Of a DNA stretch of 64,000 nt, positions 49,521 to 59,034 are shown piece by piece; position 1 is the stretch's first letter; every line of letters begins with the position of its first letter. Below the pieces are notes generated by a model. It did not search any database. It worked only from the letters and a program-made list of their open reading frames with translations, and was not told the DNA's origin. The DNA is from an uncultured Gammaproteobacteria bacterium (GTDB taxonomy: Bacteria; Patescibacteriota; Microgenomatia; Levybacterales; UBA12049). The stretch covers positions 2,483-66,482 of the forward strand of contig CAZHKZ010000003.1 of assembly GCA_964533055.1 (NCBI GenBank). The letters are read 5' to 3'. Position numbers and translations under genes: made by a program.

Positions 49521-50504
49521 ATGTTAATAGATCATATTGTTCTAACAGTTTCAGCTGGTAATGGTGGTAAAGGCTCTGTATCTTTTCGTAGTAATGAGGG
49601 TAAAGCAAACGGGGGGCCAGATGGTGGTAATGGTGGTAATGGTGGGAGTGTTTATTTTATTGGAACAAGCGATCTGACTGCTCTTTCTCAGTTCCAGCAT
49701 AAGAAAAATATAAAAGCAGATGACGGTGTTCCTGGAAAGAGAAAAAATCTTTTCGGTAAAAATGCTCAAGATCTTTATGTAAAAATTCCTTTTGGAACAG
49801 AAATATTTTTAGAAGATGGGACATCAATTGGCGAGATCGTTGATGAGTCTTCAGTCATTTTGATTGGCAAGGGTGGGAAAGGGGGGAGAGGTAATAACGA
49901 ATTTAAGTCTGCGACAAATCAGACCCCGATGTTTGCTGAACCAGGCGAACCTGGTGAGGAAAAAGTCTTAAGACTTGAGATGAAGATTACGGCACAGATT
50001 GGACTTGTTGGACTTCCGAATGCTGGAAAGAGTACTATGCTATCGCTTCTTACAAATGCAAAGCCTAAGATTGGTAATTACCCGTTCACTACACTTGAGC
50101 CAAATGTTGGAATGCTTGATGGGATGATGCTTGCAGACATCCCAGGCCTAATTGAAGGAGCAGGAACTGGAAAAGGACTTGGTGCGACATTTTTAAGACA
50201 CATAGAGAAGACAAGAATCTTATTACACTGTATAGATGTCACAAGCGAGAGACCGTATGAAGATTATGAAACCGTGAGAAAAGAGTTTGGAATTTATAAT
50301 TCTGAACTTCTAGAGAAGCCTGAGATTATTGTGCTAACCAAGATTGATTTACTCGATAACGCTCAAGTTGATGAGAAGCAAGCGCTTTTTACCCAAAAAG
50401 GTAAAGATGTTATAACCTTTAGTGCATATGATGATGAGAGCCTTGAACGTCTATCAAAAAAAGTAGTCTCTTCAATAAAATCTTCTCTTCAGAAAAGAAA
50501 TTAA
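49521..50504 (+). CDS. obgE: GTPase ObgE, no C-terminal domain
   Basis: Gly-rich Obg fold; GLPNAGKS, YPFTTLEP, DIPG, TKID. Confidence 0.96.
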   Translation: MLIDHIVLTVSAGNGGKGSVSFRSNEGKANGGPDGGNGGNGGSVYFIGTSDLTALSQFQHKKNIKADDGVPGKRKNLFGKNAQDLYVKIPFGTEIFLEDGTSIGEIVDESSVILIGKGGKGGRGNNEFKSATNQTPMFAEPGEPGEEKVLRLEMKITAQIGLVGLPNAGKSTMLSLLTNAKPKIGNYPFTTLEPNVGMLDGMMLADIPGLIEGAGTGKGLGATFLRHIEKTRILLHCIDVTSERPYEDYETVRKEFGIYNSELLEKPEIIVLTKIDLLDNAQVDEKQALFTQKGKDVITFSAYDDESLERLSKKVVSSIKSSLQKRN

Positions 50505-50507
50505 ACT

Positions 50508-52277
50508 ATGCAGAACATTATTCGCATCATCAGAATTTCAAAACCCCTTCACCATCTTGTGTGGTTGATTGGTTTTTTGATACTTTTCTCTTCGCTTCTC
50601 CAGTTAGTTGCCCCGCTTCTTTCTAAGTTCATTGTTGATGAAATTGTAGGCCAAGTACAGCATGGTCGTGGAGATCTCGCAAGACTGATCTTGCTTATTG
50701 TGATCTCTTTTGCAATGAACCTTTTTGGTTTAATGACAAACACGATCAGCGATAGGATTGGAGATCACTTTGGTGGAAGAATTAGAAAGTTCTTAACAGA
50801 GAAATTTTACGATAAAGTACTCACGCTCCCTCAGTCGTATTTTGACTCTGAAGTTTCTGGGAAAATTTTAAATCAACTCACTCGTGGTATCTTCACAATT
50901 CAAGATTTCCTAAATACTGCTACTAATTTCATCCTCCCCATGCTTCTGCAGAGCATCTTTACAATTTGTATTCTCGCATACTACAACGTGCCAATTGCGA
51001 TTTTTACTTTTATTCTTTTTCCGATTTACCTAGGACTAAGTTACTACTCGACGGTGCGTTGGGGAAAGGAAGAGGTTCTTAAAAATCAGATTGAAGATAG
51101 AAATCGCGGAAGAATGCAGGAGGTTATTAGCAATATAACGTTAGTTAAGAGTTTTAATCGCGAGAAGTCAGAATTTGAAAGTGTATCCAAGAATCTAGAT
51201 GCGAGTAATGTGATTTATGCCAGACAAAGCAAGACGTTCCACATCTTTGACTTTTTAAGAGGGTTATCACTCAATATTATTCTGTTTGCAATCAATATCC
51301 TTGTTTTTTATAACACGTATCAAAGAGCGCTTACAATCGGAGAGATGGTTTTGATATTGCAGTTGGTTAATCAGGCAAGAATCCCACTTTTTGCGATGTC
51401 ATATTTGCTTACTCAGATCCAAAGAGCTGAGGCGGGATCTAAGGAGTTTTTTGAGGTGCTTAGACTTGAGTCAACTGAGGATTTTAGGAAAATTCCAAAA
51501 CAGAAGAAAATTCTAAATCCATCAATCTTATTTAAGAATGTTTCATTCAAATATGATGAGTCGGATACGATTTTGAAAGATGTGAGCTTTGAAATCAAGA
51601 AAGGCAAGGCAGTGGCACTTGTGGGTCATAGTGGGGCGGGTAAGTCCACAATCATTAATCTTATTCTGAAATTTTATAACCCAACTAGCGGAGATATTTT
51701 AATCAATAATATGTCTTACAAAGATTTGGACTACGCGAGTCTTCGCCAGAATATCTCTCTTGTATTCCAGGAGAATGAGCTCTTCTCCTCAACCATCAAG
51801 GATAATGTATCGTATGGTAAGCAGGGAGCAAGTGAGAAAGAAATTGTTGAGGCGCTGAAATTAGCGAACGCATACGACTTTGTTATGAAGCTACCAAAAG
51901 GGATTGAGAGCGAAGTCGGAGAAAGAGGTGTGAGACTATCAGGTGGTCAGAAGCAAAGAATTCAGATCGCTCGAGCAATTCTTAAAGACGCACCAATTCT
52001 CATTCTCGATGAAGCGACTTCATCATTAGATGCCAAGTCTGAAAAGGATGTTCAAGATGCACTTGAGAATCTCATGAAGAATCGGCTTGTTATTATCATC
52101 GCACATAGATTTTCAACAATTCAGAATGTTGACTCGATTATCGTTCTTGATCAGGGAAAGATTGTGTCTCATGGAAGTCCAGGAGAATTGGCTCAAGAAA
52201 AAGGTCCATACCAGGAACTTCTTCAGTATCAGATTGACGGGAATAAGAAACTCCTCGAGAAATACGACCTCTCTTAA
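50508..52277 (+). CDS. ABC exporter, fused TMD-NBD (MsbA-like)
   Basis: TM domain; GHSGAGKS, LSGGQKQR, ILDEATSSLD, IAHR. Confidence 0.94.
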   Translation: MQNIIRIIRISKPLHHLVWLIGFLILFSSLLQLVAPLLSKFIVDEIVGQVQHGRGDLARLILLIVISFAMNLFGLMTNTISDRIGDHFGGRIRKFLTEKFYDKVLTLPQSYFDSEVSGKILNQLTRGIFTIQDFLNTATNFILPMLLQSIFTICILAYYNVPIAIFTFILFPIYLGLSYYSTVRWGKEEVLKNQIEDRNRGRMQEVISNITLVKSFNREKSEFESVSKNLDASNVIYARQSKTFHIFDFLRGLSLNIILFAINILVFYNTYQRALTIGEMVLILQLVNQARIPLFAMSYLLTQIQRAEAGSKEFFEVLRLESTEDFRKIPKQKKILNPSILFKNVSFKYDESDTILKDVSFEIKKGKAVALVGHSGAGKSTIINLILKFYNPTSGDILINNMSYKDLDYASLRQNISLVFQENELFSSTIKDNVSYGKQGASEKEIVEALKLANAYDFVMKLPKGIESEVGERGVRLSGGQKQRIQIARAILKDAPILILDEATSSLDAKSEKDVQDALENLMKNRLVIIIAHRFSTIQNVDSIIVLDQGKIVSHGSPGELAQEKGPYQELLQYQIDGNKKLLEKYDLS

Positions 52278-52328
52278 TGAAATTTTGAGCGTACCCGCAG
52301 GATTGACGAACTCCCCTAATTCCTCTTA

Positions 52329-52359
52329 TTGACAGTCTATGTGGCACTTCAGGTATAAT
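52329..52359 (+). promoter_or_regulatory. Promoter of zinc-ribbon gene
   Basis: TTGACA-N19-TATAAT, 6 nt before ATG 52366. Confidence 0.55.
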
Positions 52360-52365
52360 CGGGTG

Positions 52366-52923
52366 ATGTCAGAAGAAAATACACTTAAATCCGATGTCTG
52401 TCCAAAATGTGGATCTCCACTTAGTGAAATTGTAACCACAGCAACAGGCAGAAAGCTTCGAAGATGTTCTACCTCAACTTGGGATCCAGCATCAAAATCA
52501 AATACAGGATGCGACTTCGTTCAATGGCTTGAAGTTGAGCCAGAGGCACTCGATGAGAAGTGTCCAAAGTGCGGATCTGCACTTATTTTGCAAACAACTC
52601 GATTTGGTAAAAAGATGAAGAAGTGTTCTACGTCTACTTGGGATAAAGAGGCAAAGAAGGCACTTGGCTGTGATTATGTTGAATGGATTAATGGAGCTAC
52701 TGAAAAGCTAGATGAGGATTGTCCATCTTGTGGGGAAAAGTTGGTACTCTTTACAACCAACAGTGGTAAGAAGATGAAGAAATGTTCCACCTCTGGTTGG
52801 GATCGCGAAAAGAAAGTTGCAACAGGATGTACCTACGTATATTGGCTTAAACCATCCGAGTACCCCAAAAGTGATCAGAGTAACGGCGAAGAATTCCTCC
52901 CCCCAGAACCTGAAGATGAATAG
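52366..52923 (+). CDS. Stand-alone protein of three topoisomerase-type C4 zinc ribbons
   Basis: 3x CPxCG..T..G(K/R)K..CSTS.WD....GC.(F/Y)V.W. Confidence 0.8.
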   Translation: MSEENTLKSDVCPKCGSPLSEIVTTATGRKLRRCSTSTWDPASKSNTGCDFVQWLEVEPEALDEKCPKCGSALILQTTRFGKKMKKCSTSTWDKEAKKALGCDYVEWINGATEKLDEDCPSCGEKLVLFTTNSGKKMKKCSTSGWDREKKVATGCTYVYWLKPSEYPKSDQSNGEEFLPPEPEDE

Positions 52924-54051
52924 TTATTTTTGTTGAAGCGAGAACGAAAGTCTTTTAGCTATTTCCTCAATTCCCACTTTATTTTTAACCGATACAAATA
53001 TTGGATCTAATTCTGCAAAGCGAGCTTGGAGATTTTTCTTTTCTTCTGCTGATAGCATGTCTGATTTATTAAAGACGTATACTTGGTATTTATTTACTAT
53101 CTTTAATTCTTCTAGTACGCGCGTCACTGCTTCTATCTTTACATCAATTTGAGGATCGGATGCATCAACCACATGGATCAGAAAGTCAGAATAGACAGAT
53201 TCAAGGAGTGTTGACTGGAATGCATCAATAAGCGATGGCGGGAGGTCTTTGATAAATCCAATTGTGTCTGAGAGGAGGACTTCCATTTTTGCATCAGGTA
53301 AGTACATCTTGCCTATATTGCTATCAAGAGTTGCAAATAGCGCATCTTCTACTAGCCTTTTTTTGTTGGTGAGTAAGTTAAAGAGAGAGGATTTGCCAGC
53401 ATTGGTATATCCGATAATTGAGATATTCACAGCGCCATTCCGTTGTCGTCTTTCAAGTTGGAATTTCTTTTCGGACTCAAGTTTATCAATTTTATCTTGT
53501 GTCTTTTTTATTTGATCACGCCAGTGTCTTTTCATAAGTTCAGTATTGGTCTCCCCAATGCCTCTTGTTCCAACTGTTCCACCTTGGCGTGAAAGGACAT
53601 ATCCCATTCCATAAATTCGTGGACCCATATGTCTCATTGCAGCAAGTTCAATCTGAAGTTTTGCTTCTGTTGTGCTCGCGTGCTTTGAGAATATTTGCAG
53701 GATTAGGTCAACTCTATCCCAAACAGTGATCTCTGGATTTTCAACACTAAGATCTGTTTTTACTTCAAAAATCTGTCCAGGTTTCACAATTCCATTAAGA
53801 ATAACAACATCAACATCATTTTCCTTAATGCTTTGTGTTATCTCCTCGATTTTCCCTCTGCCTAGATATGAGCCTCTTGCATGCACTTCTCGTCTCTGTA
53901 TCGCATAATCCACGACAGTACCACCGTAGGTATCAATCAAATCTCTGGTTTCTTTAATATCAAAAAATGCCTCTTCTTCTGACGAGTCTTTCGGGATGAG
54001 AGTTGCGACTAAAAAACGCTGCTGCTTTTTCTCAGGGATATTTATATGCAT
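52924..54051 (-). CDS. hflX: GTPase HflX
   Basis: YLGRGK, DRVDLILQIF..HA, EAKLQIELA, GYTNAGKS, LFATLD, DTIGF; start ATG 54051 or GTG 54063. Confidence 0.95.
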   Translation of the reverse strand: MHINIPEKKQQRFLVATLIPKDSSEEEAFFDIKETRDLIDTYGGTVVDYAIQRREVHARGSYLGRGKIEEITQSIKENDVDVVILNGIVKPGQIFEVKTDLSVENPEITVWDRVDLILQIFSKHASTTEAKLQIELAAMRHMGPRIYGMGYVLSRQGGTVGTRGIGETNTELMKRHWRDQIKKTQDKIDKLESEKKFQLERRQRNGAVNISIIGYTNAGKSSLFNLLTNKKRLVEDALFATLDSNIGKMYLPDAKMEVLLSDTIGFIKDLPPSLIDAFQSTLLESVYSDFLIHVVDASDPQIDVKIEAVTRVLEELKIVNKYQVYVFNKSDMLSAEEKKNLQARFAELDPIFVSVKNKVGIEEIAKRLSFSLQQK

Positions 54052-54093
54052 AGGAGTCTGCACATTGTAGTAGATGTGCTATTTTTTGGCAAA

Positions 54094-54771
54094 CTATTTC
54101 TTTTGTGCAAGTTTAATCCCTAGAAAGAGTAGTAATATTGCTGCTGCATCAATTGCAATTGGAATGAGAAGATATTTGCTACCTAGGTCGCCAAGTCTGA
54201 GAAATGATGGTGGAATAATGCTATTTATTTGCTCGAGTGAAGTTCGAAATCCGAGGAGATACGCTGTGACGATAGTTATGATAAATAGCACGAGAAAAAA
54301 TGATGCACCTTCCATATCTTTCTTGCTGGAGAACATAGTATTGCCAATTTGAAAGACAATTAGTAGTGCCAGAATACCAATCCACAGAGTATGAGTCGCA
54401 TCAAAAAAATCGGCAGAAAAAAGAGTTAAGATAATAATCGTTGTTCCCATCAAAAATGGTGCAACACCTATCAGAAGTCTGCGAAAAGGATCTGGCTTAA
54501 CAATCTCGACACTCCCAAGCCTTATGGTATTGCCTTCAAGTTTCGGAAGTAGCTCCATTTTTCCCGTATGTACAAAGAGAAGATTGGCCATGATCAAATG
54601 TGAGAACTCATGAATGACCGTGCCAATAAAGAAAAATGCTGCCATCGTATAGACCGTCACCTTCTCACTATTTGTTAGGGAGTAGATAAATTGAGAGAGG
54701 TATTTCTGTAAAAATCTTGAGAGAATAAAAAGTATGAAGACCTGGAGTAGGAAGAGGCAGATGATTTCCAT
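54094..54771 (-). CDS. Membrane HExxH metalloprotease (M50-like)
   Basis: GTVIHEFSH in TM context; GVAPF; S..D. Confidence 0.7.
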   Translation of the reverse strand: MEIICLFLLQVFILFILSRFLQKYLSQFIYSLTNSEKVTVYTMAAFFFIGTVIHEFSHLIMANLLFVHTGKMELLPKLEGNTIRLGSVEIVKPDPFRRLLIGVAPFLMGTTIIILTLFSADFFDATHTLWIGILALLIVFQIGNTMFSSKKDMEGASFFLVLFIITIVTAYLLGFRTSLEQINSIIPPSFLRLGDLGSKYLLIPIAIDAAAILLLFLGIKLAQKK

Positions 54772-54777
54772 TGCTAG

Positions 54778-55263
54778 TTAGAGATTTATTGCTGGATCAA
54801 TTGGCGCACTATTGCCTGATGGCTTAACAGTGAGAAGCTCTACTTCAAATACGAGTGTGGAGTTAGCTGGAATTTCACCTTGTGCATTACTGCCATATCC
54901 TAATTCTGGTGGGATTGTTAGCTTTCTTTTTCCACCAATTTTCATTCCTACGACTCCTTCATCCCAGCCTTTTATAACCTCACCTTTTCCAATCGTAAAT
55001 GAGAAAGGTTCTTTTCTATCATATGAGCTATCAAACTGTTTTCCATTTGTGAGTGAGCCCTTATAATTGACAGATACAGTGTCTCCTGTTTTTGCCTCTT
55101 CTCCTGTTCCAATAGCGAGATCCTCTTTTGTGATTTTTGTAGTCTGAGATGTTGTCTGAGCTGGAGTTGTAGTGACTGTCTTTTTACTTGTTGTATTAAT
55201 AATCACTATAGAGAGGATGTAGATAGCTGCAAGTGCGCCGAGGAAAATTCCAATTCTTTTCAT
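54778..55263 (-). CDS. FKBP-type peptidyl-prolyl isomerase with N-terminal anchor
   Basis: VNYKG, FDSSYDR, VIKGWDEG, IPPELGYG, IPANSTLVFEVEL; start at ATG 55263. Confidence 0.95.
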   Translation of the reverse strand: MKRIGIFLGALAAIYILSIVIINTTSKKTVTTTPAQTTSQTTKITKEDLAIGTGEEAKTGDTVSVNYKGSLTNGKQFDSSYDRKEPFSFTIGKGEVIKGWDEGVVGMKIGGKRKLTIPPELGYGSNAQGEIPANSTLVFEVELLTVKPSGNSAPIDPAINL

Positions 55264-55269
55264 GAGTCC

Positions 55270-55281
55270 TATGATATCATA
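55270..55281. promoter_or_regulatory. Palindromic bidirectional extended -10 element
   Basis: TATGATATCATA reads TGaTATCAT on both strands, 6 and 7 nt from divergent ATGs. Confidence 0.65.
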
Positions 55282-55286
55282 CATCT

Positions 55287-56132
55287 ATGCAAATTTTAAA
55301 GACAAAAGGGTGGGATGAGTATGAACTTCTTGATAGTGGGAATGGTCAGCGGCTTGAAAGATTTGGCAAATATATTCTTTCAAAACCGGATCCACAAGCT
55401 ATTTGGGATCGAAAACTCTCACATGATATGTGGGGCAAGGCAGATGCAGTTTACGAAGAGAAGGGATGGAGAAAAACCTCAGCTTTTCCTGAGAAATGGG
55501 AGCTAAAATATAAAGAGATTTCATTCTTTGCTCGATTGACGTCATTTAAGCATGCGGGTGTATTTCCTGAGCAACATCTTCACTGGGATTTTATTCACGA
55601 ATCAGTGAGCAGGAGAAGAGACGCCAACATCCTCAATCTATTTGGATATACCGGTGTCGCAACTCTGATTGCTGCCAGTGCAGGAGCTCAGGTGACTCAT
55701 GTTGATGCATCTCGTCCTGCAGTTGCGTGGGCTAGGGAAAATCAAGACATCTCAGGATTAAATGAAAAACCTGTACGATGGATCATCGATGATGCTCTTG
55801 AGTATGTCGAGCGTGAAGTGCGTAGGGGCAAAAAATATGATGGCATTCTAATGGATCCACCAGTCTATGGTCATGGACCAACTGGCAAGATCTGGAACTT
55901 TGACAAGAGCTTTCCAGATCTTATAAGGGAATGTTCAAAACTTTTATCGAGTGATCCACTCTTTGTGATCGCAAATGCGTACGCCATCTCTTCATCTGCA
56001 TATATGCTTGAGAATGTCATGAGAGATCATCTCGTAGGAGGAACTTTTGAGACGGGGGAGTTGGTTCTTGAAGAGTCAACGAATGGTAGACCACTTTCAA
56101 CAGGAATTTATTCCCGCTGGACTCCAAGATAG
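55287..56132 (+). CDS. RlmI/RlmK-like SAM methyltransferase
   Basis: YELLDSG..RLERFG, GVFPEQ, LNLFGYTG, MDPPVYG. Confidence 0.88.
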   Translation: MQILKTKGWDEYELLDSGNGQRLERFGKYILSKPDPQAIWDRKLSHDMWGKADAVYEEKGWRKTSAFPEKWELKYKEISFFARLTSFKHAGVFPEQHLHWDFIHESVSRRRDANILNLFGYTGVATLIAASAGAQVTHVDASRPAVAWARENQDISGLNEKPVRWIIDDALEYVEREVRRGKKYDGILMDPPVYGHGPTGKIWNFDKSFPDLIRECSKLLSSDPLFVIANAYAISSSAYMLENVMRDHLVGGTFETGELVLEESTNGRPLSTGIYSRWTPR

Positions 56133-56134
56133 AT

Positions 56135-57088
56135 TTATTCCCCATAATAACTATGTGGCAAGACTCTTCGAAGTAGCCCGAAAGTGCTTGAGTCTAGTGT
56201 CGCATTAGGATCATCAGTTCTCCTTGCCTTCTCAGTCGCCGTGCGAAGTTCATTAATTGTTATTGGTGGTTCGAGGCGAATAACCGCCTTTTTGCCAACA
56301 CTGTGAATAAGTCCAAAATTGTCATCATGTCGTTCTGGATCTTCTCGATCCATGATCATAATTCCCATTGGCCATATGCCCACTTTGTCCATATCGACAC
56401 CATCTCGCTCTGCTCGTCTGACAAGTGCTCCAATTACAGGGCCAGAAGACTCGCCTAATTCTGGCAATCTCTCTCCCTGTGGTGCGGTGAAGACGATACC
56501 CATCTCCTTGAGTGTTCGAGTATCTGATGTAAGTGATTCATTGAGGCCTTTTCTGAGTGGAATTCTTCTAGGCTCTGGACGTTCATATGTTGTAACACCT
56601 GGGATATGTCCAAGTCCTTCTCTTGCTACATGCTTAATTTGGTCAGAAATCGGAACATTCTCGACATTCTTTCCTTTTTCAATTGTGCTCGCAGTAACTA
56701 TTGGTGAAGCATCCATTCTAGAGAGTTTTGCAAATGTCCGAATATATGGCTTTTGCCATTGATGATATGCAACGGGTCCTGAAAATCGGGGATTATCAAA
56801 GCCTCTGCCCATTCTGATTGATGCGCCAATTGCATCAATAGGGTCTCGCATTCGTGAGTGTGCGTAGGGGAAAATTATTGGGTATCCTTCCGCTCTCATG
56901 TCCTGTGCTCTGTCTAGGGCGCCTGGGGTTAACTGAATCTCAATCGGTAATACTGCTTGGAAACGGCTTGCCCATTCATGTCTTTGATCTGCGATAGCAC
57001 TACCCTTACTTGCCTGCATTGAATCTAGATCAAGAGTTATGAATTCCTGGGGCTTTTCTTCCATGGGGACGTCTCTTTCTGCTGACAT
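56135..57088 (-). CDS. Divergent PlsC/GPAT-like acyltransferase (putative)
   Basis: HSRMRD (HX4D), APQGER (FPEGTR-like), IWPMGI. Confidence 0.5.
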   Translation of the reverse strand: MSAERDVPMEEKPQEFITLDLDSMQASKGSAIADQRHEWASRFQAVLPIEIQLTPGALDRAQDMRAEGYPIIFPYAHSRMRDPIDAIGASIRMGRGFDNPRFSGPVAYHQWQKPYIRTFAKLSRMDASPIVTASTIEKGKNVENVPISDQIKHVAREGLGHIPGVTTYERPEPRRIPLRKGLNESLTSDTRTLKEMGIVFTAPQGERLPELGESSGPVIGALVRRAERDGVDMDKVGIWPMGIMIMDREDPERHDDNFGLIHSVGKKAVIRLEPPITINELRTATEKARRTDDPNATLDSSTFGLLRRVLPHSYYGE

Positions 57089-57187
57089 ATTTTCTCTTGA
57101 GAGGATTATAGTGGAATATTTTTGCTTTGCAACTGCAACGTTGGTAAAGATGTTTCATGTCTGATAAAATCTTGGGATCGATCCAAT

Positions 57188-57258
57188 CGGGGATTAGTTT
57201 AACGGTAGAATTCGCGGCTGGGGGCCGTGAGACCGGAGTTCAACTCTCCGATCCCCGA
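57188..57258 (+). tRNA. tRNA-Pro(GGG), CCA not encoded
   Basis: Acceptor CGGGGAT/ATCCCCG; anticodon arm CGCGG-CTGGGGG-CCGTG; T arm CGGAG-TTCAACT-CTCCG. Confidence 0.95.
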
Positions 57259-57335
57259 CAAAATCTGTGATACCGTTTGTATCAATAGGACTACTTGTAA
57301 TTTACTCGAATCCTTTCTATAGTTAATGGTACTTT

Positions 57336-58442
57336 ATGGCAAAATCCTCTAACGCAAAATCCACCGCAGTCATCGAACAGCAGACTGATAACGCACAAAA
57401 AATGGAGTCCATCAAGATGGCGATGGATCAAATCGAAAAGCAATATGGCAAGGGATCTATTATGCGATTTGGTGATGCTGCAGGTAAGCTAGATATCTCA
57501 GTTGTTTCAACAGGGTGCCTTCCGCTCGACCTAGCACTTGGCGTTGGTGGACTTCCTCGTGGAAGAATAATTGAGATCTATGGACCTGAGGCATCAGGTA
57601 AAACTACAGTTTGTCTCTCAACTATTGCTCAAGCACAAAAACATGGTGGCGTAGTCGCATTCATTGATGCTGAGCATGCACTCGACCCGATCTGGGCAGA
57701 GCGCATTGGGGTAAAGCTTGATGAACTTTTGATATCTCAGCCAGATACAGGAGAACAAGCTCTTGAAATTGCTGAAAGCCTAGTGCGAAGTGGGGGTATC
57801 GATGTTCTTGTCATCGACTCAGTTGCAGCACTTGTTCCCCGAGCAGAAATTGAGGGAGAAATGGGTGACTCAGTTATGGGTCTTCAGGCTCGCCTTATGT
57901 CCCAAGCTTTGCGTAAGCTTACAGGTGTTATTTCCAAATCAAAGACCGTTGTCATTTTTACCAATCAATTGCGACAAAAGATTGGTGTGATGTTCGGAAA
58001 TCCCGAGACGACCACCGGTGGTCTTGCGCTTAAGTTCTATGCCTCAGTTCGCATGGATATCAGAAAAATTGAGACCATTAAAGATGGTGATAAGGCCATC
58101 GGTTCAAGGCATCGAGTCAAGATCGTGAAGAACAAGGTCTCCACACCATTTCGCCTAGCTGAGTTTGATGTATTTGGTACAGGTATTTCAAGAGAGGGTG
58201 GTATTTTGGATGTTGGTGTTGAGATGGGGGTCATCACAAAAGCAGGTGCATTCTTCCGCTATAACGATCTCCTTATCGGTCAAGGAAAAGTAGCTGCAAT
58301 TGATTGGCTTAAGGAGAATCAGGAAGAATCAAAGAAGATAGTTGTTGAGATCATGGCAAAGAGTAGGGCTGGAGATATGCCTGTTGCTGTCGGTATGGAA
58401 GAGTCGGAAGATGAAGCCGAGAGTGCCCCATCAGACTCGTAA
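57336..58442 (+). CDS. recA: Recombinase A
   Basis: [42 protein letters not shown]. Confidence 0.99.
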   Translation: MAKSSNAKSTAVIEQQTDNAQKMESIKMAMDQIEKQYGKGSIMRFGDAAGKLDISVVSTGCLPLDLALGVGGLPRGRIIEIYGPEASGKTTVCLSTIAQAQKHGGVVAFIDAEHALDPIWAERIGVKLDELLISQPDTGEQALEIAESLVRSGGIDVLVIDSVAALVPRAEIEGEMGDSVMGLQARLMSQALRKLTGVISKSKTVVIFTNQLRQKIGVMFGNPETTTGGLALKFYASVRMDIRKIETIKDGDKAIGSRHRVKIVKNKVSTPFRLAEFDVFGTGISREGGILDVGVEMGVITKAGAFFRYNDLLIGQGKVAAIDWLKENQEESKKIVVEIMAKSRAGDMPVAVGMEESEDEAESAPSDS

Positions 58443-58443
58443 A

Positions 58444-58932
58444 GTGACTGAGCATTTTGGAAAATATTACAACCTCGCAGTTGGCCATCTAGCAAGAAGG
58501 CCAAGATCCTCAAATGAACTAAAGGACTACCTCACTAAAAAGAAAATAGACCCACTTCTCATTGATGAAATTATTTCTAAACTCATAGAGCAGAAATTTC
58601 TCAATGATCTTGCATTTGCGCGATGGTGGCGTGAGCAAAGAACTCGTTTTAAGGGAAAAAGTGATCGGCTGATCACGATGGAGCTTCGTCAGAAAGGGAT
58701 CAAGGACGACATGATACAGGAGATCTTTCACGAAGTAACAGATGAGCCAATGGATGATCTTACGAAGGCAAAAGGGTTGGTACTGAAAAGGTTAAAAAGA
58801 GTTGAAGGACTTCCACCCAAGGAACAATATGAGAAGCTAGGGAGGTATCTGATAGGTAAAGGATTCGGATGGGACATCATCCGAAAGGCGATTGACGAAC
58901 ATATTGAAAAAAAGTATAATGATGGGGAGTAA
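58444..58932 (+). CDS. recX: RecX regulator
   Basis: LARRPRSSNEL, FLNDLAFA, ELRQKGI, YLIGKGF; GTG 1 nt after recA stop. Confidence 0.88.
   Translation: MTEHFGKYYNLAVGHLARRPRSSNELKDYLTKKKIDPLLIDEIISKLIEQKFLNDLAFARWWREQRTRFKGKSDRLITMELRQKGIKDDMIQEIFHEVTDEPMDDLTKAKGLVLKRLKRVEGLPPKEQYEKLGRYLIGKGFGWDIIRKAIDEHIEKKYNDGE
58892..58920 (+). promoter_or_regulatory. Promoter of rny within recX 3' end
   Basis: TTGACG-N17-TATAAT. Confidence 0.75.
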
Positions 58933-59034
58933 CGAACAGTTACGATGTGAACCATGAGAATAATTTCATCCACACATCTTCGAACTATCTAACCACACAT
59001 TACGTCGTGGTTTTTCTTCGTTAACTCAAAATAT

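Noticed and set aside
57100-57335. Integrative element at tRNA-Pro
   Set aside because: No integrase or duplicated tRNA end; recA follows directly.
1765-58443. Longer track starts for truB, pilO, fusA, aclA, rplD, rplE, rpsE, rpoA, FKBP and recX
   Set aside because: They overlap neighbouring genes or promoters; downstream starts fit family N-termini and local signals.
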